DNA of 64,000 nt, taken from assembly GCA_035299085.1 (NCBI GenBank), contig DATGXG010000002.1, positions 70,066-134,065 on the forward strand, given 5' to 3'. Below are positions 43,481-54,550 of the stretch, one piece after another. The stretch is from Bacteroidales bacterium (GTDB lineage Bacteria; Bacteroidota; Bacteroidia; Bacteroidales; UBA10428). Below the pieces are notes generated by a model. That model did not search any database, was not told where the DNA came from, and was given only the letters and a program-made list of their open reading frames with translations. Positions within the stretch are counted from its first letter, which is position 1. Each line of letters begins with the position of its first letter. Made by a program: the position numbers and the translations under genes.

Positions 43481-43936
43481 CTAGTACCCGATCACCCAAA
43501 GCACCTTTTCCTCAAACGCACAACGCTCTACAAGTTCTATCAGGTCGTGGTTTACACCGATGAGTTTGCGGTTATATTCTTTCCAGTGAGTTAACCACTG
43601 GGAGTCTTCATCTTCGATTTCGGCCAGGAACTCCTTGCCCATAAAACGGCTTGAGACCATACCTGTAAATTCGGATGCAGTGTTTATAGCAGTGAGTTTC
43701 TCAAGATTTGCCTTCAGTTCATTCAGCAATACAATTATTTTGCGGGAATTATATTTGGTACCGCTGAAATAATCAAAGGTTGGATTTGCTGTTTCGAAGC
43801 AGGGCTGGAAAATATAAAATACCGGACTGTCAACATACTTCGATTCTTCATCGCAGCGGTTATAATTATCGTTGTCGCCGGTAAGATTAAATTCTACAAA
43901 ATTAAGAAGTTCAGCGCTATAAAGCTCAATATGCAT
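43481..43936 (-). CDS. Hypothetical acidic cytoplasmic protein, family not recognised
   Basis: 151-aa ORF with no signal peptide or TM segment. It is the only ORF in a repeat-flanked slot. Confidence 0.45.
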   Translation of the reverse strand: MHIELYSAELLNFVEFNLTGDNDNYNRCDEESKYVDSPVFYIFQPCFETANPTFDYFSGTKYNSRKIIVLLNELKANLEKLTAINTASEFTGMVSSRFMGKEFLAEIEDEDSQWLTHWKEYNRKLIGVNHDLIELVERCAFEEKVLWVIGY

Positions 43937-44014
43937 AAAGTTGCCTGACTAGGGTATAAATCGAATTTTAAAAATAGTATTTCCGTGTCAGAAATCAAAA
44001 TATGTGGATTAAAA

Positions 44015-44100
44015 TGTTTGAGGTTTGAGGTGTGGGACCAAAACTTCTTAAATCAAAAATCGGTGTTCGGTGTTCGGTGTTCCATGTTTGATGTTTAATG
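44015..44100. repeat. Cluster of heptamer arrays: TGTTTGAGGTTTGAGG, (CGGTGTT)x3 at 44061-44081, TGTTTGATGTTTAATG
   Basis: Read directly. Confidence 0.7.
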
Positions 44101-44113
44101 TTATGGATTAATT

Positions 44114-44121
44114 TATATTTG
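44114..44121 (+). promoter_or_regulatory. Candidate -7 box (TATATTTG)
   Basis: 19 nt upstream of the ATG at 44140. It lies inside the rejected 5' extension starting at 44098. Confidence 0.45.
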
Positions 44122-44139
44122 GAGCAAAATATTTCCACA

Positions 44140-45558
44140 ATGTATTCACCCGAAGAATTCAGAAAGGAAGCACATAAGCTGGTCGACTGGATTGCCGATT
44201 ATTATACTGAAATCGAAAAATATCCTGTGAAGGCCGCCATAAAGCCGGGATCAGTGTTTGCACAGATTCCTGCGGCACCTCCGGAAGCTCCCGAAGAAAT
44301 GGATGCTATTTTCAAAGACTTTCAGGATATCATTTTACCCGGGATCACTCACTGGCAGAACCCTTCGTTCTTTGCATACTTTCCGGCAAACAGCAGTTTT
44401 CCGTCTCTCCTCGGTGACTTTTTATCCTCAGCGCTGGGAGCACAGTGCATGAAATGGGAGACATCACCTTCCGCTACCGAGCTTGAAGAAGCCGTCATGA
44501 TCTGGCTCAGGAAAATGACAGGGCTTCCTGATTCGTTCACCGGTGTTATACAGGACACAGCTTCTACATCAACACTTGCAGCCATTATATCGGCGAGGGA
44601 ACGGGCGACAGGTTTTGCCGTTAACAACAACGGAATGACGTCGGTTATGCGAGTGTACTGTTCATCCGAGGCTCATTCTTCAGTTGAAAAGGCAGTTAAA
44701 ATAGCAGGTATCGGTAAAAACAATCTCGTGAAAATTCAAACAGACGATCAGTTCAGAATGAACCCGGCAGAACTTGAAAAAGCAATTACCGGTGATCTGA
44801 AAAGGGGTTTGTTGCCTGTTTGCGTTGTGGCTGCTATTGGTACTACCGGATCTACAGCAGTGGATCCCCTTCAGGATATCGCTGAAATATGCTCAAAACA
44901 CAGGGTCTGGCTCCATGTTGACGCCGCGTTTGCAGGTTCAGCCCTTTTGCTGCCTGAATACAGGTGGATTATTAAAGGTGTTGAAAAGGCCGATAGTCTC
45001 GTATTCAACCCTCATAAATGGCTGTTCACGAATTTCGATTGTTCGGCCTATTTCGTGAAGGATGTGGAAACGCTGATTGATACCTTCAAACTCATACCGG
45101 AATATCTCAGGACCCAGATCCCGGAACATGTAAATGATTATTCCAACTGGGGAATACAATTGGGAAGGCGATTCAGGGCGCTAAAGCTCTGGTTTGTAAT
45201 TCGTTCCTTTGGTATAAAAGGCCTGCAGAACCGGCTCAGAGAACAGCTTTCCATTGCTTCCGAACTTAAATCATGGATTGAACAATCGCCTGAATTCGAA
45301 ATCCTTGCCCCGGTACACTTTAACCTGGTGTGCTTCAGGTTTCATCCTGCAGGAATCGATGGCCTGGATGAGCTTAACCGGATCAATGAAAAACTAATGC
45401 TTGAAGTGAACAAAACCGGCAAAATGTACATTACCCATACCAAATTAAATGGAATTTTTACATTGAGAATGATAACCGCCCAGACGAATGTTCAGCACCA
45501 TCATGTTAAAAATGGCTGGGATTTGATTGTTGAGAAATCAAAATCCGTTCTTAATTAA
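44140..45558 (+). CDS. PLP-dependent group II decarboxylase (aromatic-L-amino-acid/tyrosine decarboxylase-like)
   Basis: About 472 aa. THWQNPSFFAYFP, the NPHKW PLP-lysine motif and DAAFAGSA are all typical of DDC/TDC enzymes. Confidence 0.85.
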   Translation: MYSPEEFRKEAHKLVDWIADYYTEIEKYPVKAAIKPGSVFAQIPAAPPEAPEEMDAIFKDFQDIILPGITHWQNPSFFAYFPANSSFPSLLGDFLSSALGAQCMKWETSPSATELEEAVMIWLRKMTGLPDSFTGVIQDTASTSTLAAIISARERATGFAVNNNGMTSVMRVYCSSEAHSSVEKAVKIAGIGKNNLVKIQTDDQFRMNPAELEKAITGDLKRGLLPVCVVAAIGTTGSTAVDPLQDIAEICSKHRVWLHVDAAFAGSALLLPEYRWIIKGVEKADSLVFNPHKWLFTNFDCSAYFVKDVETLIDTFKLIPEYLRTQIPEHVNDYSNWGIQLGRRFRALKLWFVIRSFGIKGLQNRLREQLSIASELKSWIEQSPEFEILAPVHFNLVCFRFHPAGIDGLDELNRINEKLMLEVNKTGKMYITHTKLNGIFTLRMITAQTNVQHHHVKNGWDLIVEKSKSVLN

Positions 45559-45569
45559 ACAACAAAGAA

Positions 45570-47012
45570 ATGGCATCAATTCTTCAGCTGTTAGAAAACC
45601 TTTACACTAAATGGAGCCAGCACAAGCCGGTTTCCATTGTGCCCCTCCCGGCCTCGGGTTCTTACCGCACCTATTACAGGATAACTTCTGAAATTGGCAG
45701 TGTGCTAGGCGTTCATAATGCCGACAAAAGGGAGAACGAAGCATTTGTTTACTTAAGCAACCATTTGAAAGCAAAAGGCAACAGGGTACCCAACGTATTG
45801 ATTACCGACCTCGATCATCATGTTTATATTGAAGAAGACCTGGGCAACGATACGCTTTTCGATTACCTGGCACGATTGAGAAATAAATCGTGCACCGTTG
45901 AGGATATACTTAAGGTATACAGAAATGTGATTGACGCAATGCCCGGTTTGCAGGTACGCTCAATTGAAGACCTTGATTTTTCACAATGTTACCCTCGTGC
46001 TGAGTTTGATGTTCAGAGCATGATGTGGGACATGAACTATTTCAAATACTGCCTGCTGAAACCATTGAAAATTGAGTTTTTTGAGCAGGACCTCGAAGAT
46101 GACTTTCTGACAATCGTAAAATGGCTTATTGAAGCCGACAGGGAATCATTTATGTTCCGCGATTTTCAGTCACGGAACATCATGCTTGTGAATGGCAATC
46201 CATGGTTCATCGATTACCAGGGAGGCCGGCGGGGACCGCTTCAGTACGATCTTGCCTCTTTGTTGTTCGAAGCCAAGACTCACCTTTCGGAGGATATCAG
46301 GAAACAGCTTCTTGAATATTACCTTGATGTTTTCAGCAAAACTTTTCCATGGTTTAACCGGGATACTTTTGTCAGGTATTATTATGGTTTTGTTTACCTG
46401 CGTTTAATGCAGGCGATGGGCGCTTACGGTTTCAGGGGATATATAGAACACAAGCCGTTATTTCTTCAAAGCCTTCCTTATGCCATAAAAACTCTCAGGT
46501 GGCTCATTGAAAACGAGCCCCTGCCGCTTCACCTCACAAGTCTGCCCCATGTGTTTGACAAGCTCATGAACCTGCCGCAGGTGAAATCATACGAAGTGCG
46601 GCCTGACGAATTTACCATTACGATAAACAGTTTTTCATATAAAAACGGCATACCTGAAGACCTGTCGGGTAACGGCGGAGGATTTGTATTCGATTGCAGA
46701 AGTCTTGAAAATCCCGGACGGTACCAGGAATACAAGACGTTTTCAGGGAAGGACCAGCCGGTTATCGATTTTCTTCAAAACCGTCCTGAAACTGTCGAGT
46801 TTCTTTCGCATGCCTCTTCCATGGTGCAGAATGCAGCAAGTAACTACCTTCATCGGGGATTTTCTCACCTCATGGTCAGTTTCGGATGTACCGGCGGACA
46901 GCACCGGTCGGTATATTTTGCCGAAAAAATGGCTTCCTGGCTAAGGGAAAATGTGAAGGCTAATGTAGTCGTTGTTCATCATGAACTGGCAAAAAAAATA
47001 TCCGGAGCATGA
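45570..47012 (+). CDS. Fusion protein: APH-fold anomeric sugar kinase (AmgK-like) plus a RapZ/YvcJ C-terminal domain
   Basis: N-terminal region has FRDFQSRNIM...FIDYQGGRRGPLQYDLASLL (APH/AmgK catalytic loop). C-terminal region has INSFSYKNGIPED...FVFDCRSLENP...GCTGGQHRSVYFAE, which aligns with my recollection of E. coli RapZ FESFGFKHGIPID...FDVRFLPNP...GCTGGKHRSVYIAE. Confidence 0.8.
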   Translation: MASILQLLENLYTKWSQHKPVSIVPLPASGSYRTYYRITSEIGSVLGVHNADKRENEAFVYLSNHLKAKGNRVPNVLITDLDHHVYIEEDLGNDTLFDYLARLRNKSCTVEDILKVYRNVIDAMPGLQVRSIEDLDFSQCYPRAEFDVQSMMWDMNYFKYCLLKPLKIEFFEQDLEDDFLTIVKWLIEADRESFMFRDFQSRNIMLVNGNPWFIDYQGGRRGPLQYDLASLLFEAKTHLSEDIRKQLLEYYLDVFSKTFPWFNRDTFVRYYYGFVYLRLMQAMGAYGFRGYIEHKPLFLQSLPYAIKTLRWLIENEPLPLHLTSLPHVFDKLMNLPQVKSYEVRPDEFTITINSFSYKNGIPEDLSGNGGGFVFDCRSLENPGRYQEYKTFSGKDQPVIDFLQNRPETVEFLSHASSMVQNAASNYLHRGFSHLMVSFGCTGGQHRSVYFAEKMASWLRENVKANVVVVHHELAKKISGA

Positions 47013-47752
47013 AAGCAATGATCCTGGCGGCCGGTAAAGGAACACGCATGATGCCTCTTACGCTTGACACTCCGAAACCGCTGATAGAAATACAGGGAAT
47101 ATCGCTCCTGGAACATACAATCCGGTATCTTAAGTACTACGGTGTGACCGAGATAATAATCAACATCCATCACCTGCCTGATCAGATTATTGATTTTGTC
47201 AACCGAAATAATTCATTCGGAATTCATATTGAATTTTCAGATGAATCCGGGGAACTTCTTGATACTGGCGGAGGACTCTATAAGGCAGGATGGTTTTTTG
47301 ATGATTGCGAACCCTTCATCCTGACCTCATCGGATGTGATTACGACCCTGAATCTTCATCAAATGATGCAGGAATTTAAAGATGCCGATCCGCTGGTACT
47401 CCTTGCAGTGAAGCACCGGAATTCAACAAGGGATTTTATTTTTGACTCAGAGTATAACCTGATTGGCTGGCATAACAATAAAACCGGTGAAAACCGGCTC
47501 ATCCGCCAGGAAAATGAATTTACAAGAGCTGCTTTCAGTACAATCCATGTTATCCACCCCCGGATTATCGATTTGATCACCGAAAGAAACAGGTTTTCGA
47601 TAATTGACCTTTACCTTCGGCTGGCCCTTGAGCATAAAGTAAAGGGATTCCTTCACGATGATTCTGAATGGTTTGAATGCGGCCGGTTTGAGAGTCTGGA
47701 TATGCTTAACCGTTCGGATGAAATCAAGCGGATAATTAAAAAATATGAGTAA
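47009..47752 (+). CDS. Sugar-1-phosphate nucleotidyltransferase (MurU-like)
   Basis: 247 aa. MILAAGKGTRMMPLT signature. ATGA overlap with the kinase gene. Confidence 0.8.
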   Translation: MKAMILAAGKGTRMMPLTLDTPKPLIEIQGISLLEHTIRYLKYYGVTEIIINIHHLPDQIIDFVNRNNSFGIHIEFSDESGELLDTGGGLYKAGWFFDDCEPFILTSSDVITTLNLHQMMQEFKDADPLVLLAVKHRNSTRDFIFDSEYNLIGWHNNKTGENRLIRQENEFTRAAFSTIHVIHPRIIDLITERNRFSIIDLYLRLALEHKVKGFLHDDSEWFECGRFESLDMLNRSDEIKRIIKKYE

Positions 47753-47761
47753 TTTTACCGC

Positions 47762-48463
47762 ATGGACAACAGAATAGATGCGTGGAACGAGCGTTTTGCA
47801 AAAGCGCCCGCCGAAGAAGTGGTTGAATTTTTCAACAGTGAATTCGGACAGGAAATATGCCTGTCTTCAAGTATGGGAGCCGAAGACCAGGTTCTTACCC
47901 ATATGCTCATGAAGGTTAATCCCTCTTTCAGAATTTTTACACTCGATACAGGACGCCTTTTCCCGGAAACCCTGGATCTTATCCAAAAAACAAGAGACCA
48001 TTATAATACATCAATAGAAGTATTTTTCCCCGATTACCGGATGGTTCAGCAAATGGTTCGTGAAAAGGGAATAAACCTTTTTTACGCCAGCGTGGAAGAC
48101 AGAAAATATTGCTGCAACGTCAGAAAAATGGAGCCCCTTAAAAGAGCCCTTTCAGGAATGAAAGCCTGGATGACGGGTATCCGGAAAGATCAGACAATCA
48201 ACCGGTTTAATACACAGGTTGTGGAATGGGATGAAGCAAACGCTATCGTAAAAATCAATCCCCTGTATCGCTGGTCAGAAAAAATGGTTTGGGAATACAT
48301 CCGCTCAAACCAAATTCCTTATAATGAACTGCATGACAGGAACTTCCCCAGTATAGGCTGTCAACCCTGCACCAGGGCTGTCACCCCCGGAGAAGACACA
48401 CGTGCCGGTCGCTGGTGGTGGGAAGACCAGGGACATAAAGAATGCGGTTTGCACATCAAATAG
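47762..48463 (+). CDS. cysH: Phosphoadenylyl-/adenylyl-sulfate reductase (thioredoxin-dependent, Fe-S type)
   Basis: 233 aa. SSMGAEDQVL, the Cys pairs YCCNVRK and GCQPCT, and C-terminal KECGLH. Confidence 0.85.
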   Translation: MDNRIDAWNERFAKAPAEEVVEFFNSEFGQEICLSSSMGAEDQVLTHMLMKVNPSFRIFTLDTGRLFPETLDLIQKTRDHYNTSIEVFFPDYRMVQQMVREKGINLFYASVEDRKYCCNVRKMEPLKRALSGMKAWMTGIRKDQTINRFNTQVVEWDEANAIVKINPLYRWSEKMVWEYIRSNQIPYNELHDRNFPSIGCQPCTRAVTPGEDTRAGRWWWEDQGHKECGLHIK

Positions 48464-48527
48464 GTCATTCAGAACATTTTGCAACCCTTAATGCCATAGG
48501 CCCGTATATAGGGCAAAAATAAATGGC

Positions 48528-48899
48528 ATGGAGCAGAGAGCAAGATTTATTGAGCACAAAGGAAAGCAAATCTATTATGTAGATTATTCAAATCTCAAGA
48601 ATAACGATGAGTTTCTTTCGGTTATCGCACAAACCAATGCATACAGGGAAAAAATAAAAGCACAGGGAAGAAAGGATCTTCTTATGCTTGTTGACATAAG
48701 CGGGAGCTTTGTTTACGGTGAGGTACTGGAATCCATCAAGCGTTCTGGAAAAATCACCAAGGAACTGACAGCCCGTGAAGCGGTAGTTGGAATAACCGGC
48801 AGCAAAAGAATCCTTCTTAAAATAGTTCAGACCGTAACCAATATGAATTTCAGGACCTTTGACACGGTTGATGAGGCAAAGGACTGGCTGGTGTCATAA
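48528..48899 (+). CDS. Small hypothetical protein, possibly with a STAS/SpoIIAA-like fold
   Basis: 123-aa ORF. Alternating beta/alpha pattern. The family assignment is a guess. Confidence 0.4.
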   Translation: MEQRARFIEHKGKQIYYVDYSNLKNNDEFLSVIAQTNAYREKIKAQGRKDLLMLVDISGSFVYGEVLESIKRSGKITKELTAREAVVGITGSKRILLKIVQTVTNMNFRTFDTVDEAKDWLVS

Positions 48900-49010
48900 G
48901 AAAGCCCGCACACGGGCATATTTCACTAAAAATACTTTGACTATTGGTCATTAATGTATATTTTCGTAGTTTCTTTCAAAAGTGGTGAACTTTTAGTAAA
49001 GTAACTGAAG

Positions 49011-50981
49011 ATGAGTGACCTTAATAGTTCTGTTCATGATGAACAAGTCGGTAACACCGGTGGTGCTACTGATAATACGGATCCTGTTACCCCTGCTGCG
49101 TCTGAAGATGCTGTTGCCAAGGCTTCTGTAAACGATTTGCCTGCTCACGAAGCTGAAGAATTTGAACAGTTTTTCGAGGAGGTTGAGGATGATGTAGAGC
49201 TGACAGAGAAGGCTACGCCGGTTGAACCGGCTGAACCGGTTGAAGCACAGCCTGAAGAAGCCGTAAACCTTGCACTTATGAGCAAGGAAGAATTGATTGC
49301 GCTGTTAGCCAATCTTCTGGATACAAAGCCTATTGAAACGATCATTAATGATGTGGAAAACATCAAGATCAATTACTACAAAAAACACAAGGCTGAGATT
49401 GAAAGAAAAAGAAAGGCATTCGTAGAGCAGGGCGGTGAAATCGAAGATTTTAAAGTTGAAGACGATCCGCATGAAGCGGAAATTAAGGAACAGTTGCGCC
49501 GCTACCGTGAACTGAAAGCAGATTATAATAAAGTACAGGAAGATCACAAACATAAAAACCTTGAAGATAAATACAAGATCATTGATGAAATCAAGGAACT
49601 TGTTAAAAACAAGGAATCGATAAATCGTACATTCCAGGAATTCCGGGACCTTCAGAAAAGATGGCGCGCTATCGGACCTGTTCCACAGCAGAATGTAAAG
49701 GATCTCTGGGAAAATTACCACCACCATGTTGAAGCGTTTTATGATTATATCCGCATAAACCAGGAATTAAGGGACCTTGACCTTAAGAAAAACCTGGAAT
49801 CGAAGATTCATTTGTGTGAGAAAGCTGAAGAACTGATCCTTGAAACCAACGTAGTTGAGGCTTTCAGGGTTCTCCAGGATTTACACGAACAATGGCGGGA
49901 AATTGGTCCTGTGCCTGCTGAAATGCGGGTTGAGATCTGGAACCGGTTTAAGGAAGCCACTGCCAAGATTAACAAGAAACACCAGGATCACTTTGTGGAT
50001 CTTAAGACCGAGCAGAAATCAAACCTCGAAGCAAAAATTGCCCTCTGTGAAAAAGCTGAGGAACTGGCTAACGTAGAAATCAATTCAAATAAGGAGTGGA
50101 CCAGTCGTTCGAATGAACTTATCGAACTGCAGAAGGTTTGGAAAACAATTGGTTTTGCTCCGAAAAAAGATAATGCAAAAATATACAAGCGCTTCCGTGA
50201 AGCCTGTGATGCTTTTTTTAACCGGAAAAGAGAATATTACGGCGTTTTCAAAGAAGAGCAGAATAATAACCTGCAGTTGAAGATTGACCTGTGCATTCAG
50301 GCTGAAGCGCTCTGCGAAAGCAATGAATGGAAGAAAACAACAGAAGAATTGATCGCTCTCCAGCAACGCTGGAAAGAAATTGGTGCCGTTCATCACAAAC
50401 AGTCGGAAAAAGTCTGGAAACGATTCAGGACTGCCTGCGACAAATTCTTTGAAAGGAAATCAAAACACTTTTCTGAAGTTGACAATTCATTTGGAGTGAA
50501 CCTGCAGAAAAAACAGGATCTGATTAAAGAAATTGAAGCTTTTGAGATCGGCGAAAATGCTGAGGAATCATTAACCCGCCTGAAGGACTTCCAGCGCCAG
50601 TGGGCTGAGATCGGTTTCGTACCCCTCAAACTGAAAGATGAGATCCATGAAAAATACCGCGAGGCCATCAATAGCAAGTTCGACGCCCTCCGTATTGATG
50701 ACAGCCACCGGAATATGCTGAAATTCAAGACCAAACTTGAAGAGTATCTTGATAAGCCAAATGGAATGCAGCGGATCAGGCAGGAACGTGAGAAATACAT
50801 TACCCGTCTGAAGCAGCTTGAAAGTGACATTGTTCTTTGGGAAAATAATATTGGTTTCTTTGCCCGGTCACGTAATGCTGAAACCATGATCAGGGATGTT
50901 GAAACCAAGATTGAAAGTTCAAAAAAGAATATTGAGCTGCTTAACCGCAAAATCAGTATGATTGATGATCTTGATGATTGA
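49011..50981 (+). CDS. DUF349 repeat protein
   Basis: 656 aa. Acidic N-terminus, then about 6 reiterations of the ...LQ(K/Q)(R/E)W(R/K)EIGPVP...W.RF... unit characteristic of DUF349. Confidence 0.8.
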   Translation: MSDLNSSVHDEQVGNTGGATDNTDPVTPAASEDAVAKASVNDLPAHEAEEFEQFFEEVEDDVELTEKATPVEPAEPVEAQPEEAVNLALMSKEELIALLANLLDTKPIETIINDVENIKINYYKKHKAEIERKRKAFVEQGGEIEDFKVEDDPHEAEIKEQLRRYRELKADYNKVQEDHKHKNLEDKYKIIDEIKELVKNKESINRTFQEFRDLQKRWRAIGPVPQQNVKDLWENYHHHVEAFYDYIRINQELRDLDLKKNLESKIHLCEKAEELILETNVVEAFRVLQDLHEQWREIGPVPAEMRVEIWNRFKEATAKINKKHQDHFVDLKTEQKSNLEAKIALCEKAEELANVEINSNKEWTSRSNELIELQKVWKTIGFAPKKDNAKIYKRFREACDAFFNRKREYYGVFKEEQNNNLQLKIDLCIQAEALCESNEWKKTTEELIALQQRWKEIGAVHHKQSEKVWKRFRTACDKFFERKSKHFSEVDNSFGVNLQKKQDLIKEIEAFEIGENAEESLTRLKDFQRQWAEIGFVPLKLKDEIHEKYREAINSKFDALRIDDSHRNMLKFKTKLEEYLDKPNGMQRIRQEREKYITRLKQLESDIVLWENNIGFFARSRNAETMIRDVETKIESSKKNIELLNRKISMIDDLDD

Positions 50982-50994
50982 TAAGAAATAATAA

Positions 50995-52605
<1,611 letters not shown>

Positions 52606-52653
52606 ACGATGAATTATTCTCAAAATTTTCTTTTTTGACAACTCAGGTAACAC

Positions 52654-54549
52654 ATGGATAAAAATTCAATTTTTGGTATTCTTATTATCGCCGCTATTCT
52701 TGTTGTGTGGGGGGTTATACAATCTCCCAACAAAAAGGAGCTTGAAAAGCGCCGAAAATATGAAGATTCCCTTGTAAGAGAACAACAAAAGGCCTTAAGG
52801 ATTGAGGATTCGATTAAAACGGCACAGGCATTCGCACAAAAAGACTCGACAATTGATTCAGTGAATACAAAACAATTGTCTGCGGAACTCGGTCAATTTG
52901 CTGCTTCAGCAACAGGTAAGAATGAGTTTTATACAATTGAAAACGATGTAATAAAACTCGTTGTCTCTTCAAGAGGAGGCAGGCCCTATTCTGTGGAACT
53001 GAAAAAATATAAAAAGTTTAATGGTAATCCTGTTGTACTATTCAGCGGTGACTCCACCCAATTTGGATTGAGTTTTTATGATAATAAAAGGGATATCCAT
53101 ACTAACGATCTTTACTTTAAACCCACTGATTCCACAACTGCGTTAAAGGAAGGTGCTGACAGCATCGCTATGCGACTTGCTGTAAGCAATGATCGCTATA
53201 TTGAATACCATTATGCTCTTCAACCCGGCAGCTACATGGTTGATTTCGGGATAAGCCTTTCAGGTATGAAGGACATTGGTACACGCGACCCGTCATCTCT
53301 TGATTTTAGCTGGGAAGTTTATATACCACAGCATGAACAGCTGAAGAAAAATGAAAATCAGTATACTTCGTTATATTATAAACATTATAAGGAAGATGTT
53401 GAGTTTTTCAAACCCAAGCAGAGCAAGCAAATTGCTGAAGAAAATATTCCCACACAAATTGAATGGGTAGCTTTTAAAAGCCAGTTTTTCTCATCAGTGA
53501 TTTTAGCTCCGACGGCCTTTTCCAATGCATACCTTAAATCTACCAATCTTCCCGAAGCCGATAATTACCTTAAAGATTTCAGGGCTGAACTCGGCATTCC
53601 TTTCCAGCGACTGGATAATGAAAATATCAACCTGCAATTTTACTTCGGACCCAACAAATTCAAGTTATTGAAACAGTATCACGACCGGAAACTTGAAGAC
53701 CTGGTTTCATTAGGGCGTAATATCATACGCGCTATTAACCAGTGGCTTATCATACCGGTGTTCGACTGGCTGAGCAAATTCATCGGCAATTTCGGTATCA
53801 TCATCCTGTTACTCACCATTATAATTAAGGTACTCCTGCTTCCTTTAACTTACAAATCTTATTTGTCACAGGCCAGGATGAAGGTTCTGAAACCCATGAT
53901 GGATGAGATAAACGAAAAATATCCGAAGGGTAAGGAAGTTGAAAAACAACAGGCCACAATGGCTTTGTATAAAAAGGCCGGTATCAGTCCGCTTGGCGGC
54001 TGTTTGCCCACATTGCTCCAATTCCCCATATTGTTTGCCATGTTCCGGTTCTTCCCCACCTCAATCGAGTTGCGCCAGGAAGGATTTTTATGGGCAAAGG
54101 ACCTTTCAACCTACGATGCGTTCATCACATGGCATCAGACAATTCCTATCATCAGTAATATATTCGGAAATCATATCAGCTTGTTTACAGTGCTGATGAC
54201 CGTTTCAACCATTCTCCAGATTAAGATGAGCGACACTTCTTCTTCGCAGCAAATGCCGGGAATGAAGACCATGATGTATGTGATGCCGGTTATGTTCATG
54301 TTTATGCTGAACAATTTCTCAGCCGGTTTGACCTATTATTATTTCCTTGCCAACGTAATTACTATTGGCCAGAATTATATTTTCAAGCAATTTGTGGATG
54401 AGAAGGAGATCCTGCGAAAAATAGAAGAGCGAAAAGCCAAACCGGTCAAAAAATCGAAATGGCAGCAACGGCTTGAAGAAATGACCAAACAACAGCAGCA
54501 GCGTAAACCGGGTGCAAAACCTCAGCCCAAAACCGGCAAGAAGAAATAA
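52654..54549 (+). CDS. yidC: Membrane protein insertase YidC (long periplasmic-domain form)
   Basis: 631 aa. N-terminal TM, large P1 domain, conserved core GCLPTLLQFPILFAMF, and a basic tail. Confidence 0.92.
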   Translation: MDKNSIFGILIIAAILVVWGVIQSPNKKELEKRRKYEDSLVREQQKALRIEDSIKTAQAFAQKDSTIDSVNTKQLSAELGQFAASATGKNEFYTIENDVIKLVVSSRGGRPYSVELKKYKKFNGNPVVLFSGDSTQFGLSFYDNKRDIHTNDLYFKPTDSTTALKEGADSIAMRLAVSNDRYIEYHYALQPGSYMVDFGISLSGMKDIGTRDPSSLDFSWEVYIPQHEQLKKNENQYTSLYYKHYKEDVEFFKPKQSKQIAEENIPTQIEWVAFKSQFFSSVILAPTAFSNAYLKSTNLPEADNYLKDFRAELGIPFQRLDNENINLQFYFGPNKFKLLKQYHDRKLEDLVSLGRNIIRAINQWLIIPVFDWLSKFIGNFGIIILLLTIIIKVLLLPLTYKSYLSQARMKVLKPMMDEINEKYPKGKEVEKQQATMALYKKAGISPLGGCLPTLLQFPILFAMFRFFPTSIELRQEGFLWAKDLSTYDAFITWHQTIPIISNIFGNHISLFTVLMTVSTILQIKMSDTSSSQQMPGMKTMMYVMPVMFMFMLNNFSAGLTYYYFLANVITIGQNYIFKQFVDEKEILRKIEERKAKPVKKSKWQQRLEEMTKQQQQRKPGAKPQPKTGKKK

Positions 54550-54550
54550 C

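Noticed and set aside
44003-44011. DnaA-box-like TGTGGATTA (one mismatch to TGTGGATAA)
   Set aside because: It is a single isolated site in a promoter spacer about 38 kb from dnaA. There is no cluster and no AT-rich unwinding element beside it, so it is probably chance.
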